Assembly (NCBI GenBank): GCA_963663475.2
Contig: CAXXJV010000001.1
Location: 608,001 to 672,000 of the forward strand
From: Candidatus Cloacimonadales bacterium
Lineage (GTDB): Bacteria > Cloacimonadota > Cloacimonadia > Cloacimonadales > JAFGVF01
Direction of reading: 5' to 3'
Length of the DNA stretch: 64,000 nt
Shown here one piece after another: positions 40,770 to 51,436 of the stretch. The notes under the pieces are model-generated. The model did no database searches. It saw nothing but the letters and a program-made list of their open reading frames with translations, and was not told the origin of the DNA. A program made the translations under genes and the position numbers. Positions within the stretch are counted from its first letter, which is position 1; every line of letters begins with the position of its first letter.

Positions 40770-41510
40770 TTATTCAAAAGATAGCTTTTTTAGGTATTTT
40801 TCAGCTTCAATTAAATCTTCAGGGGTATCAATTCCAATAGCTCTATAATTTGTTTTAACCATCTTAATCTTGTAGCCATTCTCTAGAAATCTAAGTTGTT
40901 CTAATTTTTCAATCTTTTCTAGTTGCCCTTGGGGAAGTCTGACAAAATCAAGAAGAGCTTGTTTTCTATAAGCATAGACTCCAACATGTTTAAAATAAGA
41001 TACAGGCTCAATTTTATCTCTGTTGTAGGGAATAGGAGAGCGAGAGAAATAGAGGGCATGAAGGTTTTTAGCACAGACAACTTTAACATTGTTAGGGTTG
41101 TTAATTTCTTTTTCATTGGTCAGTGGGTGCATGAGAGAGGCTAGGCTAACAGATTTATCTGCAAAAGCCTGAATTAGTTCTCTGAGTGGTTGAAGCTGGA
41201 TAAAAGGTTCATCACCTTGCACATTAATAATTAAGTCATAGTCTAAGTTTTTAACCACTTCAGCAATTCTATCAGTACCTGAGGGATGGTCAGGGGAGGT
41301 AAGAAGGCATTTAGCAGCAAATTCTTCAACTCTATTCTTAATCATTTCATTATCTGTTGCTATAATAATAGGCAAGTTTAGTCCTAAAACTGCTTCATAG
41401 ACATGTTGAATTATAGGTTTTTGTCCTAGGGTGACTAGGGGTTTGCCAGGGAAGCGAGAAGAAGCAAATCTTGCAGGAATGACAATCAGAGTTTTTAAGT
41501 TAGTATCCAT
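40770..41510 (-). CDS. kdsB: 3-deoxy-manno-octulosonate cytidylyltransferase
   Basis: IPARFASSRFPGKPL, SGTDR, NVQGDEP, YFSRSPIP, LEQLR, IDTPED. Confidence 0.97.
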   Translation of the reverse strand: MDTNLKTLIVIPARFASSRFPGKPLVTLGQKPIIQHVYEAVLGLNLPIIIATDNEMIKNRVEEFAAKCLLTSPDHPSGTDRIAEVVKNLDYDLIINVQGDEPFIQLQPLRELIQAFADKSVSLASLMHPLTNEKEINNPNNVKVVCAKNLHALYFSRSPIPYNRDKIEPVSYFKHVGVYAYRKQALLDFVRLPQGQLEKIEKLEQLRFLENGYKIKMVKTNYRAIGIDTPEDLIEAEKYLKKLSFE

Positions 41511-41512
41511 AA

Positions 41513-42346
41513 CTAGTTCTTTACCTCTATGTTAGTTATTTGGTATTTAGCTTGCCATTTTAGTTCTACAAAGGCATCAAAAACCCAAGCATTCTGGCTT
41601 TTTCTGACTAGTAGAGAATTACGGGTATTTTTAATATTTTCGATAATAAGGGAGGCATCAATTTCGACAAACTTCTCTTGAAATTTATCACTAGAAATAA
41701 GAGAGCCTTTTACTTGAGGTTTTATACCAGCTATCAGGTTATATACAGCATCATTATAAGCTTCATTATAGGCAGTAATCATATTATCAGCAGTATAAGT
41801 TCCACAACTAATTAGCCAGTCATCTTTAGAGCTAATTCTGTTTTCAGTGAACCAGACAGGAACTTGATTGATGGTCTGTCTCAGAGTATCTAATACTACT
41901 TTTTGAGAAGAATTACCGATTAAACCAATTGTCATACCTAAAGTTTGGTAGCTATTAAAAATATCGCAACTAGTAAAATAGTTCTTAAGAGCTGGAATAT
42001 CGCTAGCAACTTGAAGTTTGAAGTCTGTAAGAATTGGAGTTTTAGTTATTTCATTTTCTTTCATTTTTAGTTTGGCTATCACAATAGAAGACTTCTTTCT
42101 TTGGGCTAGAATTGATCCTTTCTCTTTTATCTTGTCTTGAGTAACTTGAGGATCATAAGAGTAAGTAGCAGCAATTCCGACTGAGAAATCACCAGCTGGC
42201 ATGTTTAAAAACCAGTTAGGTAATTCTAATTCTTGAATTTCAATACTATTTACATCTTCTAAGAGAGATAATTCGTTTCCTGTTTTTAGATTATTAGAAC
42301 AGGAAAGCAGAACTAAAATAAAAAACAAGATGAATAACTTCTTCAT
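41513..42346 (-). CDS. Hypothetical lipoprotein (two P.WF repeats, LPP20-like)
   Basis: LLSC lipobox; LPNWF and VPVWF repeats. Confidence 0.6.
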   Translation of the reverse strand: MKKLFILFFILVLLSCSNNLKTGNELSLLEDVNSIEIQELELPNWFLNMPAGDFSVGIAATYSYDPQVTQDKIKEKGSILAQRKKSSIVIAKLKMKENEITKTPILTDFKLQVASDIPALKNYFTSCDIFNSYQTLGMTIGLIGNSSQKVVLDTLRQTINQVPVWFTENRISSKDDWLISCGTYTADNMITAYNEAYNDAVYNLIAGIKPQVKGSLISSDKFQEKFVEIDASLIIENIKNTRNSLLVRKSQNAWVFDAFVELKWQAKYQITNIEVKN

Positions 42347-42350
42347 AGGC

Positions 42351-44186
42351 TTACCTCTTTTTGTAATACTTCTTTAAATAAACTAAAAGTGATGAAACAT
42401 CAGTGAAATTAACACCTGGGATACGTGACATTTGCCCTATGTTGTTAGGTTTAATCTTATTAAGTTTTTCTCTAGCTTCGTAGGCAATAGACTCTATTTC
42501 CATAAAATCTATATCTTGGGGGATTAGCTGATTTTGAACATTTTCAAACTTGTTTATATCAGCTAATTGTCTTTTTAAATAGCCTTCATACTTACATTCT
42601 AAAGAGACCCTTTCTGCTACATCAGGAGGAATACTTTCAGAAAACTTAAAGCCAAACCGACTTAAATCTGCAAAAGAAATATCTGGTCTTTTAAGTAACT
42701 TTATAAACTTAATCGGCTCTTTAAGACCTTCTATTGCTAAACAATTAGTATTTTCTAACTTATTAATAATTCTCTGTTTGAGGTCTTGATTATGAGAAAA
42801 CTTCTGCCAACGTTGGTCTGAAACAAGACCTAGCTTATAACCTAAAGGCATAAGTCTTTCATCTGCATTATCCTGGCGTAAGAAGAGTCTATACTCTGCT
42901 CGAGAAGTGAACATTCTATAAGGTTCATTGGTACCCTTGGTAACTAAGTCATCCAAAAGAACGCCAATATAAGATTTTGATCTATCAAAGTGCAGAGGGT
43001 CTTGATTATTTAAAGAAAGAACTGCATTAATACCTGCAGCAATACCTTGAGCTCCTGCTTCTTCATAGCCTGATGTTCCATTAATCTGACCTGCTAAGTA
43101 AAGTCCTGAAATACTCTTAGTCTCCATTGAAGATTTTATATCACTTGGGATTACATAATCATATTCAATAGCGTAAGCATAGCGAATAAGCTTGGCTTTT
43201 TCTAGGCCTGAAATTGAATGAATTAGTTGGATTTGCACATCTGGAGGTAATGAATTACTAACTCCATTAACATAGGCTTCATAAGTATCTCTTCCTTCGG
43301 GTTCAATAAAGACGTGGTGCTGATTTTTATCAGAGAACTTAACTATTTTATCTTCGATAGAAGGGCAATATCTTGGTCCAACACCTGAAATTTTACCACC
43401 ATAGAGGGCAGAACGTTGGAGATTATTTTCAATAATTTCATGACTTCTCGGATTAGTATGTGTTAACCAACAATCCACAAGATTCTTAACTTTTACATCT
43501 CGATAGAAGGAAAAGCCAGAAGGATTTTCATCACCAGGTTGAACTTCTAGTTTAGAATAATCAATAGTTCTTAAATCAATTCTGGCAGGTGTACCTGTTT
43601 TAAATCTAGCTAAATTTAAGCCTAGGTCTCTCAAGGAGGCAGATAAGTCATTAGCTGCAGGTTCTCCAGATCTTCCTCCTGGATATACCTTGTGGCCTAT
43701 ATGAATGGCTCCTTTTAAGAAGGTACCGTTAGCTAAAATTACCTTGGGAGCGTAATATTTATAACCTATTTGGGATAAGACCCCTATTACATTTTTCTGA
43801 GAATCTACTAAAACTTCTGAAATTGTATCCTCAATTATCTGTAAATTAGTTTGCTCTTCTAAGTGTTGTCTCATTATCTTAGAATATAAGTCTCTATCAT
43901 TTTGAGAACGGGGAGCCCAGACAGCTGGACCTTTCTTTTTATTAAGCATTCTAAATTGAATACCACTCAAATCAGCAACATAACCTAACTCACCCCCAAG
44001 AGCATCAATTTCTCTTGCCAGATGCCCTTTAGCTGGTCCACCCACAGAGGGATTACAGGACATTCTCCCGATGCTTTCTAATTTTATCACAAAGATGGCA
44101 GTGTTAGCCCCCATCCTAGCAGAAGCTAAAGCAGCTTCAACTCCTGCATGACCTGCTCCAACTACTATTACATCAAAATTATTCAT
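42351..44186 (-). CDS. mnmG: tRNA uridine-5-carboxymethylaminomethyl modification enzyme MnmG/GidA
   Basis: GAGHAGVEAA, MSCNPSVGG, KTGTPAR, GPRYCPSIEDK, AGQINGTSGYEEA, EPYRMFTSRAEYRL. Confidence 0.98.
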   Translation of the reverse strand: MNNFDVIVVGAGHAGVEAALASARMGANTAIFVIKLESIGRMSCNPSVGGPAKGHLAREIDALGGELGYVADLSGIQFRMLNKKKGPAVWAPRSQNDRDLYSKIMRQHLEEQTNLQIIEDTISEVLVDSQKNVIGVLSQIGYKYYAPKVILANGTFLKGAIHIGHKVYPGGRSGEPAANDLSASLRDLGLNLARFKTGTPARIDLRTIDYSKLEVQPGDENPSGFSFYRDVKVKNLVDCWLTHTNPRSHEIIENNLQRSALYGGKISGVGPRYCPSIEDKIVKFSDKNQHHVFIEPEGRDTYEAYVNGVSNSLPPDVQIQLIHSISGLEKAKLIRYAYAIEYDYVIPSDIKSSMETKSISGLYLAGQINGTSGYEEAGAQGIAAGINAVLSLNNQDPLHFDRSKSYIGVLLDDLVTKGTNEPYRMFTSRAEYRLFLRQDNADERLMPLGYKLGLVSDQRWQKFSHNQDLKQRIINKLENTNCLAIEGLKEPIKFIKLLKRPDISFADLSRFGFKFSESIPPDVAERVSLECKYEGYLKRQLADINKFENVQNQLIPQDIDFMEIESIAYEAREKLNKIKPNNIGQMSRIPGVNFTDVSSLLVYLKKYYKKR

Positions 44187-44195
44187 TTTTATCCT

Positions 44196-44804
44196 TTAAA
44201 AAAGTAGTTTTTCTATCCACTTTGTTACTTGATCTATACCGACCTTCTTGATTGAGGAAAAAGGAATTACTTGAACATCACTTAAGTCAAACTCTTTTTT
44301 AATTCTAGTGATTTCTTTTGGTATAGTTGTCTTTTTAATCTTATCGCACTTTGTTGCTACAAAACAAAAGGGAATTCCTGATTCAAGTAAAAGATCTTTC
44401 ATTAAAATATCTTTAGGATCTGCTTTTCTTCTAATATCTACTAAGAGGGCAATTCCTTTTAACTGATATCTTTCAGCAAAATAAGTCGAAATCATCTTAC
44501 GCCAAGAATCCCTTTCCTCTAAGGATACCTTAGCAAAGCCATAACCAGGTAAATCACAGATAGTAAAAAAACCGGATTCCTGACTATCATCAAATTTTAC
44601 CCTAATATTGAAGGTATTTAACAACCTTGTTTTTCCTGGCTTACCAGAAGTTTTTGCTAATAGTTTTCTATTAGTTATTGTATTGATGAGAGTTGATTTA
44701 CCGACATTAGATCTGCCTGCAAAAGCAATCTCTCCAAAGACTGTTTCTGGATAGTCCTTAGGATAAACTGCACTTTTTACAAATTGGGATTCTACTATAC
44801 GCAT
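44196..44804 (-). CDS. engB: Ribosome biogenesis GTPase EngB/YihA/YsxC
   Basis: GRSNVGKS, KPGKT, DLPGYGFAK, TKCDK. Confidence 0.96.
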   Translation of the reverse strand: MRIVESQFVKSAVYPKDYPETVFGEIAFAGRSNVGKSTLINTITNRKLLAKTSGKPGKTRLLNTFNIRVKFDDSQESGFFTICDLPGYGFAKVSLEERDSWRKMISTYFAERYQLKGIALLVDIRRKADPKDILMKDLLLESGIPFCFVATKCDKIKKTTIPKEITRIKKEFDLSDVQVIPFSSIKKVGIDQVTKWIEKLLF

Positions 44805-44806
44805 AA

Positions 44807-45175
44807 TTATTCAGAATAGATTAATGATGACTTTTCTGATTCCCATACTTCAACTTCATAAACTCTACATCCCTCGATATCAACCATACTAGCAAGTTTT
44901 TGATAAAGATATTTTGCGATATTTTCTGAAGTAGGGTTTAATTCTGTAAAGGGTTCAATAGTATTTAAATGTTTGTGATCTAGTTCTTCCATTAGACTAT
45001 CCAACCATTTTTTTGCAAGAGTAAAGTCAACAGCCATTCCTAATTCATCTACTTTTTCACAAGCCAAACAAATCCTAACCTTCCAGTTGTGTCCATGAAT
45101 ATTCTTACACAATCCTGGATACTCTCTGAGATTATGAGCAGCAGAAAAGTGGGAAGTTACATTTATTTTATACAT
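44807..45175 (-). CDS. queD: 6-carboxytetrahydropterin synthase
   Basis: FSAAH, CKNIHGHNW, LDHKHLN, NPTSENIA, VWES. Confidence 0.95.
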   Translation of the reverse strand: MYKINVTSHFSAAHNLREYPGLCKNIHGHNWKVRICLACEKVDELGMAVDFTLAKKWLDSLMEELDHKHLNTIEPFTELNPTSENIAKYLYQKLASMVDIEGCRVYEVEVWESEKSSLIYSE

Positions 45176-45421
45176 TTTTATCTTCTCCTTAAGTTATATA
45201 TAATTATAAATTACAAGATACTAAACAAGGCTCATGTGTCAATAAAAAGATTAGTATTATTCAAGTAAGGCTAATTAGCAAAAGTAGCTTTATTTAGTAT
45301 TTTTATTATTGTAATTTTTACACGATGCAAACATTAACAGAATTATAAACAGATATTTATGAAATTTTACTTTACATTTTTATAGGCCTTTCAATAATTA
45401 GTATAATAAGGATTGTATACC

Positions 45422-47764
45422 ATGACGAAAAATAATATTCCTCAAGAAAATATTAAAATTTTATTGCAAAAGGCCCAAGAGATTATCAACATCTCTCCAG
45501 ATTTAAGTCTGAAATATGCTCTATTAGCTCAAGAAAGAGCTTCTTCAGGAGAAAAGCAGGCTTATTATGGTATTTTTAATAAAATTCTTGGTGAATGTTA
45601 TTTACTTTTAAATGAGTTGAAGTTAGCTCAGGAATATATAAGCAAGGCAAAAGATTACTATTATCAGAGAAGTGAATTGCTTCCTAAATTAGAAATCAAT
45701 TCCCTTATGGCTAAATACTTCATAAAGACAGGTGATATTGACAGGGCAGTTGAAATATATCATGAAATGCTACTAACTTCAACAACCTTAAAGTTCTCTA
45801 AAGGTACAGTAATGGCCTTGCTAGAGATGGCAACTATGTATATTCAAGTTAGAGAATACAGGTTAGCTTATGACCTTTTATCTTCAATAACTTATGATGA
45901 TTTAGCAGATACTTCTAGGGAGATGAAGTTAAAAGTCTTTAATAATAAAGTCTTAGCATCAATAAAATGCAATATAACAAGCGGGTTAAAGGTTTTATTA
46001 AAGAAATCACTGAATTTAGCTAAGGAGGTTGCAGATAAGGCTTATTTAAAGACTTGTTATGAGAATTACTACTTATATTATAAATTAAGCAATAATATTC
46101 CCTTAGCCTTTGATTTTTTAGAAAAGACCTATGATCTTAATAATGAATTAACGTTAAAAAACTCTCAAAGTGAAATAGCTAAGATACTTAATCAGTATGA
46201 AATTGATAAAAAAGAGCAAGTAATCAGTCAAATTGAAGATAAGCGACTAGCCTTAGAAGAGGCTAATAAAATTATCAGAAAGCAAAAACTATTCTTAGAG
46301 ACTATTTTAGATACTATCCCCAATGCGATCTATTATAAAGATTTATCAGGAAACTATTTAGGTTATAATAAAAAATGGATTGATCTATTCGTAGGTAAAT
46401 CAAAACGTTATAAAATCACCAATCTTTATGATGTTCTGCCTAAAGAGCAAGCTGATATTTTAACTAAAGATGATGAAATTTTATTATATCAGAAAAGACA
46501 GACCAAGAATGAATACAAGATTCCTTTAGCAGATAAAAAAGAGCATTCTTTAGTAATTTATAAGGATGTATTCAGGGATGAAAGAGGAGCAATTGATGGT
46601 ATTATCGGAGTTGTAAATGATGTTACTGAGTATAAAAATACCTACTTAGAAGCTTCTAGAAACAATAGTTTTCTCAATGCAATTTTTGATTATGCCCCTA
46701 TAGGCATTTGCATTTTTGCTGATGATGGCAAAATAGAGAAGGCCAACAATTATTTGAAAGAAATTCTTTTACAGTATGCAGATGCTGATTTTGAAAATAT
46801 TTTAGATTTTGTTTTAGATGAAGATAGAGATGAAATAGCAAATTCACTAGCTAAATCTTTATTAAACAACAATACCAATACTACAGAATTAAGGCTTCAA
46901 GCTCAGAATGGTATGATTATTTATGCTGAAATATCTTACTCGCCGGTGATCAGTCCTAATACCCATAAATCAATGAATCTAGCTATTATTAAAGACATAA
47001 CAGACAGGAAGATATATAATGAAACCCTTCTCAGATCTGAGAGAAAACTTAGAGATGCAAACTATGCGAAGGATAGATTTTTCTCCATAATTGCCCACGA
47101 TCTAAGAGGTCCCATAGGTAACTATCGAGAAGTTTTCAAACTTTTATCAACCAAGAGAGAGATTTTTAGCGAGCAAGAAAAAGCTAATTTGATGGGTGAA
47201 CTTTATAAATCAGCAGACCATACATTTACTTTATTAGAAAATTTACTACAATGGACAAGAAGTCAGAAGAATGAGCTTCAGATAATGCCTAACTATTATT
47301 CAATTTTTGAGATAGCAACTAACACTATTAATACTCTTTCAGCTTTAGTAGAAAGTAAGAAATTAACCATTGAAAATGATGTTAAACTTGAACATACAGG
47401 TTATTTTGATATAAATATGATTTCAACAGTACTTAGAAATTTGCTTTCGAATGCTATTAAATTTTCTCACAGAAACTCAAAGATATTAATTACTTCTGCC
47501 ATTGATAATGACTTATTATCTGTGACAGTAAAAGATTTTGGAGTTGGAATTCCAGCAAAGAAATTAGAAACGCTTTTCGACCCCAAAGAGATGTCTTCAA
47601 CTTTAGGAACAGCTAAAGAGAAGGGAACAGGTTTAGGTTTAGTCCTTTGCAAGAACTTTGTCGAACTGAATCATGGAAGTATCTGGGTTCAAAGCAAAGA
47701 AAATGAAGGAACAAGCTTCACCTTTACTTTACCACTGGAAAATTCACTACAAGAGAACCACTAA
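45422..47764 (+). CDS. Cytoplasmic TPR-PAS-PAS sensor histidine kinase (paralogue of 7610-9916; start ATG 45422 or TTG 45413)
   Basis: IIAHDLRGP, LLENLLQW, NLLSNAIKF, EKGTGLGL; same architecture as 7610-9916. Confidence 0.9.
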   Translation: MTKNNIPQENIKILLQKAQEIINISPDLSLKYALLAQERASSGEKQAYYGIFNKILGECYLLLNELKLAQEYISKAKDYYYQRSELLPKLEINSLMAKYFIKTGDIDRAVEIYHEMLLTSTTLKFSKGTVMALLEMATMYIQVREYRLAYDLLSSITYDDLADTSREMKLKVFNNKVLASIKCNITSGLKVLLKKSLNLAKEVADKAYLKTCYENYYLYYKLSNNIPLAFDFLEKTYDLNNELTLKNSQSEIAKILNQYEIDKKEQVISQIEDKRLALEEANKIIRKQKLFLETILDTIPNAIYYKDLSGNYLGYNKKWIDLFVGKSKRYKITNLYDVLPKEQADILTKDDEILLYQKRQTKNEYKIPLADKKEHSLVIYKDVFRDERGAIDGIIGVVNDVTEYKNTYLEASRNNSFLNAIFDYAPIGICIFADDGKIEKANNYLKEILLQYADADFENILDFVLDEDRDEIANSLAKSLLNNNTNTTELRLQAQNGMIIYAEISYSPVISPNTHKSMNLAIIKDITDRKIYNETLLRSERKLRDANYAKDRFFSIIAHDLRGPIGNYREVFKLLSTKREIFSEQEKANLMGELYKSADHTFTLLENLLQWTRSQKNELQIMPNYYSIFEIATNTINTLSALVESKKLTIENDVKLEHTGYFDINMISTVLRNLLSNAIKFSHRNSKILITSAIDNDLLSVTVKDFGVGIPAKKLETLFDPKEMSSTLGTAKEKGTGLGLVLCKNFVELNHGSIWVQSKENEGTSFTFTLPLENSLQENH

Positions 47765-47792
47765 TAAAGCAAAAAGTGAGAAATAGAAAAAA

Positions 47793-48764
47793 ATGAAAAT
47801 TTTATTAATCAGATTTTCTTCTCTAGGAGATATAGTCCTAACTCAACCATTAATTGCTCAATTAAAAGAGTCCTATCCTAGGGCAGAGATTCACTACTTA
47901 ACAAAAACAGCTTTCGCCCCTTTAGTTGAAAGTTATTTTTCTGTTGATAAAGTCTTAACAGACTACCAGTCGCTTAGGGGACTCTTGTCTATTAAAAAAA
48001 ATAAGTATGATTTAGTCATTGATCTTCATAACAAGTTTAATTCTTGGCTAGCCAAAACAATTATTCATGGTAAAAAGTCTTTTACCTACAATAAGCAAAG
48101 AAGACTAAGAAAAAAAATAGTAGCTCATAAAACTAACCAAAGCATAAAAACTACTCTTGATCTTTATAATTCTGTTTTTAGAAAGATGAAGCTTGCTTAT
48201 ACTTTTAGGCAACCTTGTTTAAAAACTCCATCAGCAAGCTCTAAACTCCTTCCTCGAGGTGAGAAATATAAAGTTATGATTTTCCCTGGAGCTACTCATA
48301 ACACAAAGAGAATACCCTGTCATAAATTGATTTCCTTTATAAATAATTATGACCATGACCAGACCTCTTTTTATCTGATGGGGTCTAAAGATGAAAAGAA
48401 TATAACTAGCAAAATTAAAGAGAAAAGTAAGAAGGAAACTTTTGATTTAGCAGGTGACTTTAATTTAGTTCAACTTGTGGCAGCTATAAGTGAAGCTGAC
48501 ATTGTGCTAAGTAATGATTCTGGTCCTATGCACATAGCAGCAGCTTTAGGTAAGGCTCAAATAGCCTTTTTTGGCTCTACTAATCTTTCCTTAGGTTTTG
48601 GTCCTCTTAACAAGCAAGCAAGAGTCTTAACCTATCCGATAGAGTGTTCACCTTGTAGTTTACATGGAGGCAAAGAGTGTCCGCTAGGTCACTTCTCTTG
48701 TATGCAAAACATCTCTGTTGAAGCAATTTATGCTAATTATATTGAGTTATTAAAACTGGTGTAA
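47793..48764 (+). CDS. GT9-family LPS heptosyltransferase
   Basis: IRFSSLGDIVL, DLH, NDSGPMHIAAA, CSPCSLHG..CPLGHF.CM. Confidence 0.9.
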   Translation: MKILLIRFSSLGDIVLTQPLIAQLKESYPRAEIHYLTKTAFAPLVESYFSVDKVLTDYQSLRGLLSIKKNKYDLVIDLHNKFNSWLAKTIIHGKKSFTYNKQRRLRKKIVAHKTNQSIKTTLDLYNSVFRKMKLAYTFRQPCLKTPSASSKLLPRGEKYKVMIFPGATHNTKRIPCHKLISFINNYDHDQTSFYLMGSKDEKNITSKIKEKSKKETFDLAGDFNLVQLVAAISEADIVLSNDSGPMHIAAALGKAQIAFFGSTNLSLGFGPLNKQARVLTYPIECSPCSLHGGKECPLGHFSCMQNISVEAIYANYIELLKLV

Positions 48765-48777
48765 TTAAGGAAAAGAA

Positions 48778-49665
48778 ATGACATCAAGTTTAATAACAGG
48801 TTTGCTTGCCTTTGTTTTATGGGGATTATTTCCAATTTATTGGCGAGCCTTACAGGCTGTACCTGCTCCTGAAATCTTAGCCTACAGAATAGTAGGATCA
48901 TTATTCTTTGTGATTTTTCTCTTAGCTGTAATGAAGAAATGGACCTGGATAAAAGAGTTGACTTACAAGAAACTAGCTTTTTATGGGTTGACTTCTATTT
49001 TCATCTCCATCAATTGGTTAGTCTATATTTGGGCAGTCAATAATGATCAAGTTGTTGAGGCAAGTCTAGGTTATTATATCAATCCCTTAACTAATGTTCT
49101 TTTAGGAACCATTTTTTTACAAGAAAAGCTTAGACCTATGCAAAAGCTTGCTATTTTTATTGCCCTGATAGGTGTAGCCTTTCTAACCTATAAATATGGT
49201 AAACTACCTTGGGTTTCTCTAATCTTAGCTATCTCCTTTGCAGTTTATGGTCTTCTCAAAAAGAAATCAGACTTAGGCGGAATAGAATCTTTTTCCTTAG
49301 AATCATTAATCTTATCTCTTCCTGCTTTTATCTTTATCATCTTTCTCTTCAATCAAGGCAATAGTTCTTGGGGTAAGCTTGGACTAGTTTCAGACCTTTT
49401 ATTACTAGGAGCAGGAACTGCCACAGCTTTACCGCTTGTCCTCTTTAACTTAGCAGCTAAGAAATTAACTCTAACTAGCTTAGGAATGCTACAATATATT
49501 GCTCCTACTCTTCAGCTTTTAATAGGTCTCTTAGTTTTTAAGGAAACCTTTCCTATGGATAAGTTAATAGGTTTTGTAATTATTTGGCTAGCCTTAATTA
49601 TTTATACTAGCGAATTAGTGTATTATAATAATCAAAATCAAAAAAAACTACCTATTAAGGAGTGA
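48778..49665 (+). CDS. rarD: RarD/EamA-family transporter
   Basis: WGLFPIYW, INWLVYIWAVN, EASLGYYINPL, LQYIAPTLQ. Confidence 0.92.
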   Translation: MTSSLITGLLAFVLWGLFPIYWRALQAVPAPEILAYRIVGSLFFVIFLLAVMKKWTWIKELTYKKLAFYGLTSIFISINWLVYIWAVNNDQVVEASLGYYINPLTNVLLGTIFLQEKLRPMQKLAIFIALIGVAFLTYKYGKLPWVSLILAISFAVYGLLKKKSDLGGIESFSLESLILSLPAFIFIIFLFNQGNSSWGKLGLVSDLLLLGAGTATALPLVLFNLAAKKLTLTSLGMLQYIAPTLQLLIGLLVFKETFPMDKLIGFVIIWLALIIYTSELVYYNNQNQKKLPIKE

Positions 49666-50590
49666 TTAAGATTTTCTGACTATTCTTGAAGTGTAACTTA
49701 GCAATATTCTCGAAAACATCTTGACCTAAGTCTGCAAGAATTTTCTTACCTGCTACAATAGTTGCATCCCCACCACCCTTGGGTAACTTATGTCCATACT
49801 CTTTTGAATAATAGTCTATACCAGCATTAAATTTTGCTCTTGCTAGTATTGAAGCTGTTGCAACTGCCATATCTCTTTCGCCTTTATGGGCCTGTAAAAT
49901 ATCACAATTATCTATTTTCTCGGAATTTAAGTAATATTCGACTAGGCCTTGTTTGGTAAATCTATCTACAAAAATGCCCTGAGGATTAAACTTCCTTGCT
50001 AAAGTGGCAATTACTTTGGAATGACACCAGGCTAAGAGGTGGTTAAGATTCTTCTTACTTTGGGTGAAATTGTAGTATAATTCATTATATTTTTTAGGAG
50101 TTAAAGTTATTAATTGATAACGGTTAGGAAACCTCTCCCTAATCTTCTCTGCAATAATATTTATCTGTTTGTCTTGTAGAAGTTTACTATCTCTTACTCC
50201 CATTCTTTCTAGACTGATAATATCCTGACTCTGGCAATAAAAAGCAGCTACAACTAGAGGTCCGTAATAATCTCCTTTACCTGATTCGTCGCTACCTATC
50301 CATTTATCCCAAGTATGGAGACTTTCTAATAAGTTTAAAGAGTTATCTCCTTCAACCTGAATAACAAGCTCATTTAAAATTCTGTTCAGCTGACTTTCTT
50401 TAGTTGAAACTACAAAAGAAATCTTATTCTTCTTGCTACTATAATAGATATTAATCTTACTTGTTTCCTCTTGCCACACATACTCTAACTGCAATCCATA
50501 GGCAATTTCTTTCTGACTTATTAGTGTCAAATTTTGCCTTAGCGCTCTACTTTTAAATAGGCTTACTTTATCAGTAAATTCTTGCTTCAT
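49655..50590 (-). CDS. rnhC: Ribonuclease HIII
   Basis: IGSDESGKGDYYGPLVV, GVRDSK, KYNELY, ASILAR, AKLHFKN. Confidence 0.9.
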   Translation of the reverse strand: MKQEFTDKVSLFKSRALRQNLTLISQKEIAYGLQLEYVWQEETSKINIYYSSKKNKISFVVSTKESQLNRILNELVIQVEGDNSLNLLESLHTWDKWIGSDESGKGDYYGPLVVAAFYCQSQDIISLERMGVRDSKLLQDKQINIIAEKIRERFPNRYQLITLTPKKYNELYYNFTQSKKNLNHLLAWCHSKVIATLARKFNPQGIFVDRFTKQGLVEYYLNSEKIDNCDILQAHKGERDMAVATASILARAKFNAGIDYYSKEYGHKLPKGGGDATIVAGKKILADLGQDVFENIAKLHFKNSQKILITP

Positions 50591-50744
50591 ATTATTTCCT
50601 CTATGATTAAGTTTTTCAGCTAGAAGATTATGTCAATATTTATCACATGGACTTCATAAGATATTAAATTAAGTTTAGTTTTTCTCTACAAATAATTTGA
50701 CTAATATATTCATTCCTATTATCTTGTATTGTAGGAGTGTGAAT

Positions 50745-51185
50745 ATGAAAAAAGATATTTTTTCTCAATTAAAAACCATTGAAGATGGTATGAATAATTT
50801 GCTAGGAGCAATGTCTTCACTAACTCATAGTAAGTACACTTTTCAGGATAATTATGATGAAGTGTGGACACCTAACTGTGATGTCTATATATCGAACTCT
50901 ATATTGAATATAGTTATCGAATTAGCTGGTGTCGAGAAAGATTCAATTGAATTAGTTTTTAATGATTCTTACCTCTTACTTAGGGGTAACAGAGATTTTG
51001 GAGTCCCTTGCAGTGATGTTTGTTTTTATCATATGGAAATAGAAACTGGTGCTTTTGAAAGAGCAATTTATTTTCCTGATGTTCAATTAGATAAAAATAA
51101 CCCACTTGTGAAATTCGAAAATGGTATTTTAAAAATTCAATTTGCTTTAAGTGAGGAGAAAGAATCTATTATAGAAGTTGAGTAA
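50745..51185 (+). CDS. Hsp20/alpha-crystallin small heat-shock protein (start moved to ATG 50745)
   Basis: WTPNCDVY, ELAGV, GAFER, FENGIL; aggag RBS. Confidence 0.88.
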   Translation: MKKDIFSQLKTIEDGMNNLLGAMSSLTHSKYTFQDNYDEVWTPNCDVYISNSILNIVIELAGVEKDSIELVFNDSYLLLRGNRDFGVPCSDVCFYHMEIETGAFERAIYFPDVQLDKNNPLVKFENGILKIQFALSEEKESIIEVE

Positions 51186-51193
51186 AATATTAT

Positions 51194-51313
51194 AGTAGAC
51201 CTTTGTGAAGAGTTTGGACAAAAATATAGCGACTTTAATAAGATTTCTAAATTACCTAGATCTAGCTTAGTGTCTGAAACAATTCATGAATGGTGGGTTT
51301 ATCAACAGTCTGC
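51194..51313. mobile_element. MITE-like repeat family C variant
   Basis: Ends agtagacctttgtgaag ... tttatcaacagtctgct; core shared with 24687-24787. Confidence 0.65.
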
Positions 51314-51436
51314 TTATAGAGGCTATCTGGTAAAGATAAATGCTTGAAATATAGCTTTCTTTTTTAGATTTAATATGATTTAAAGATTGACAAGCTAGTC
51401 TTTTATAAAATCCTTGAACTCAAGGAGTTTAATTTT

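Noticed and set aside
40547-40840. Short ORFs 40547-40738, 40560-40760, 40652-40840, and also 39664-39894 and 40290-40505
   Set aside because: They are translations of palindromes and tandem repeats, open in several frames and without an RBS.
45176-45260. preQ1 riboswitch upstream of queD
   Set aside because: The leader is short and AT-rich with no recognisable aptamer stem or loop motif.
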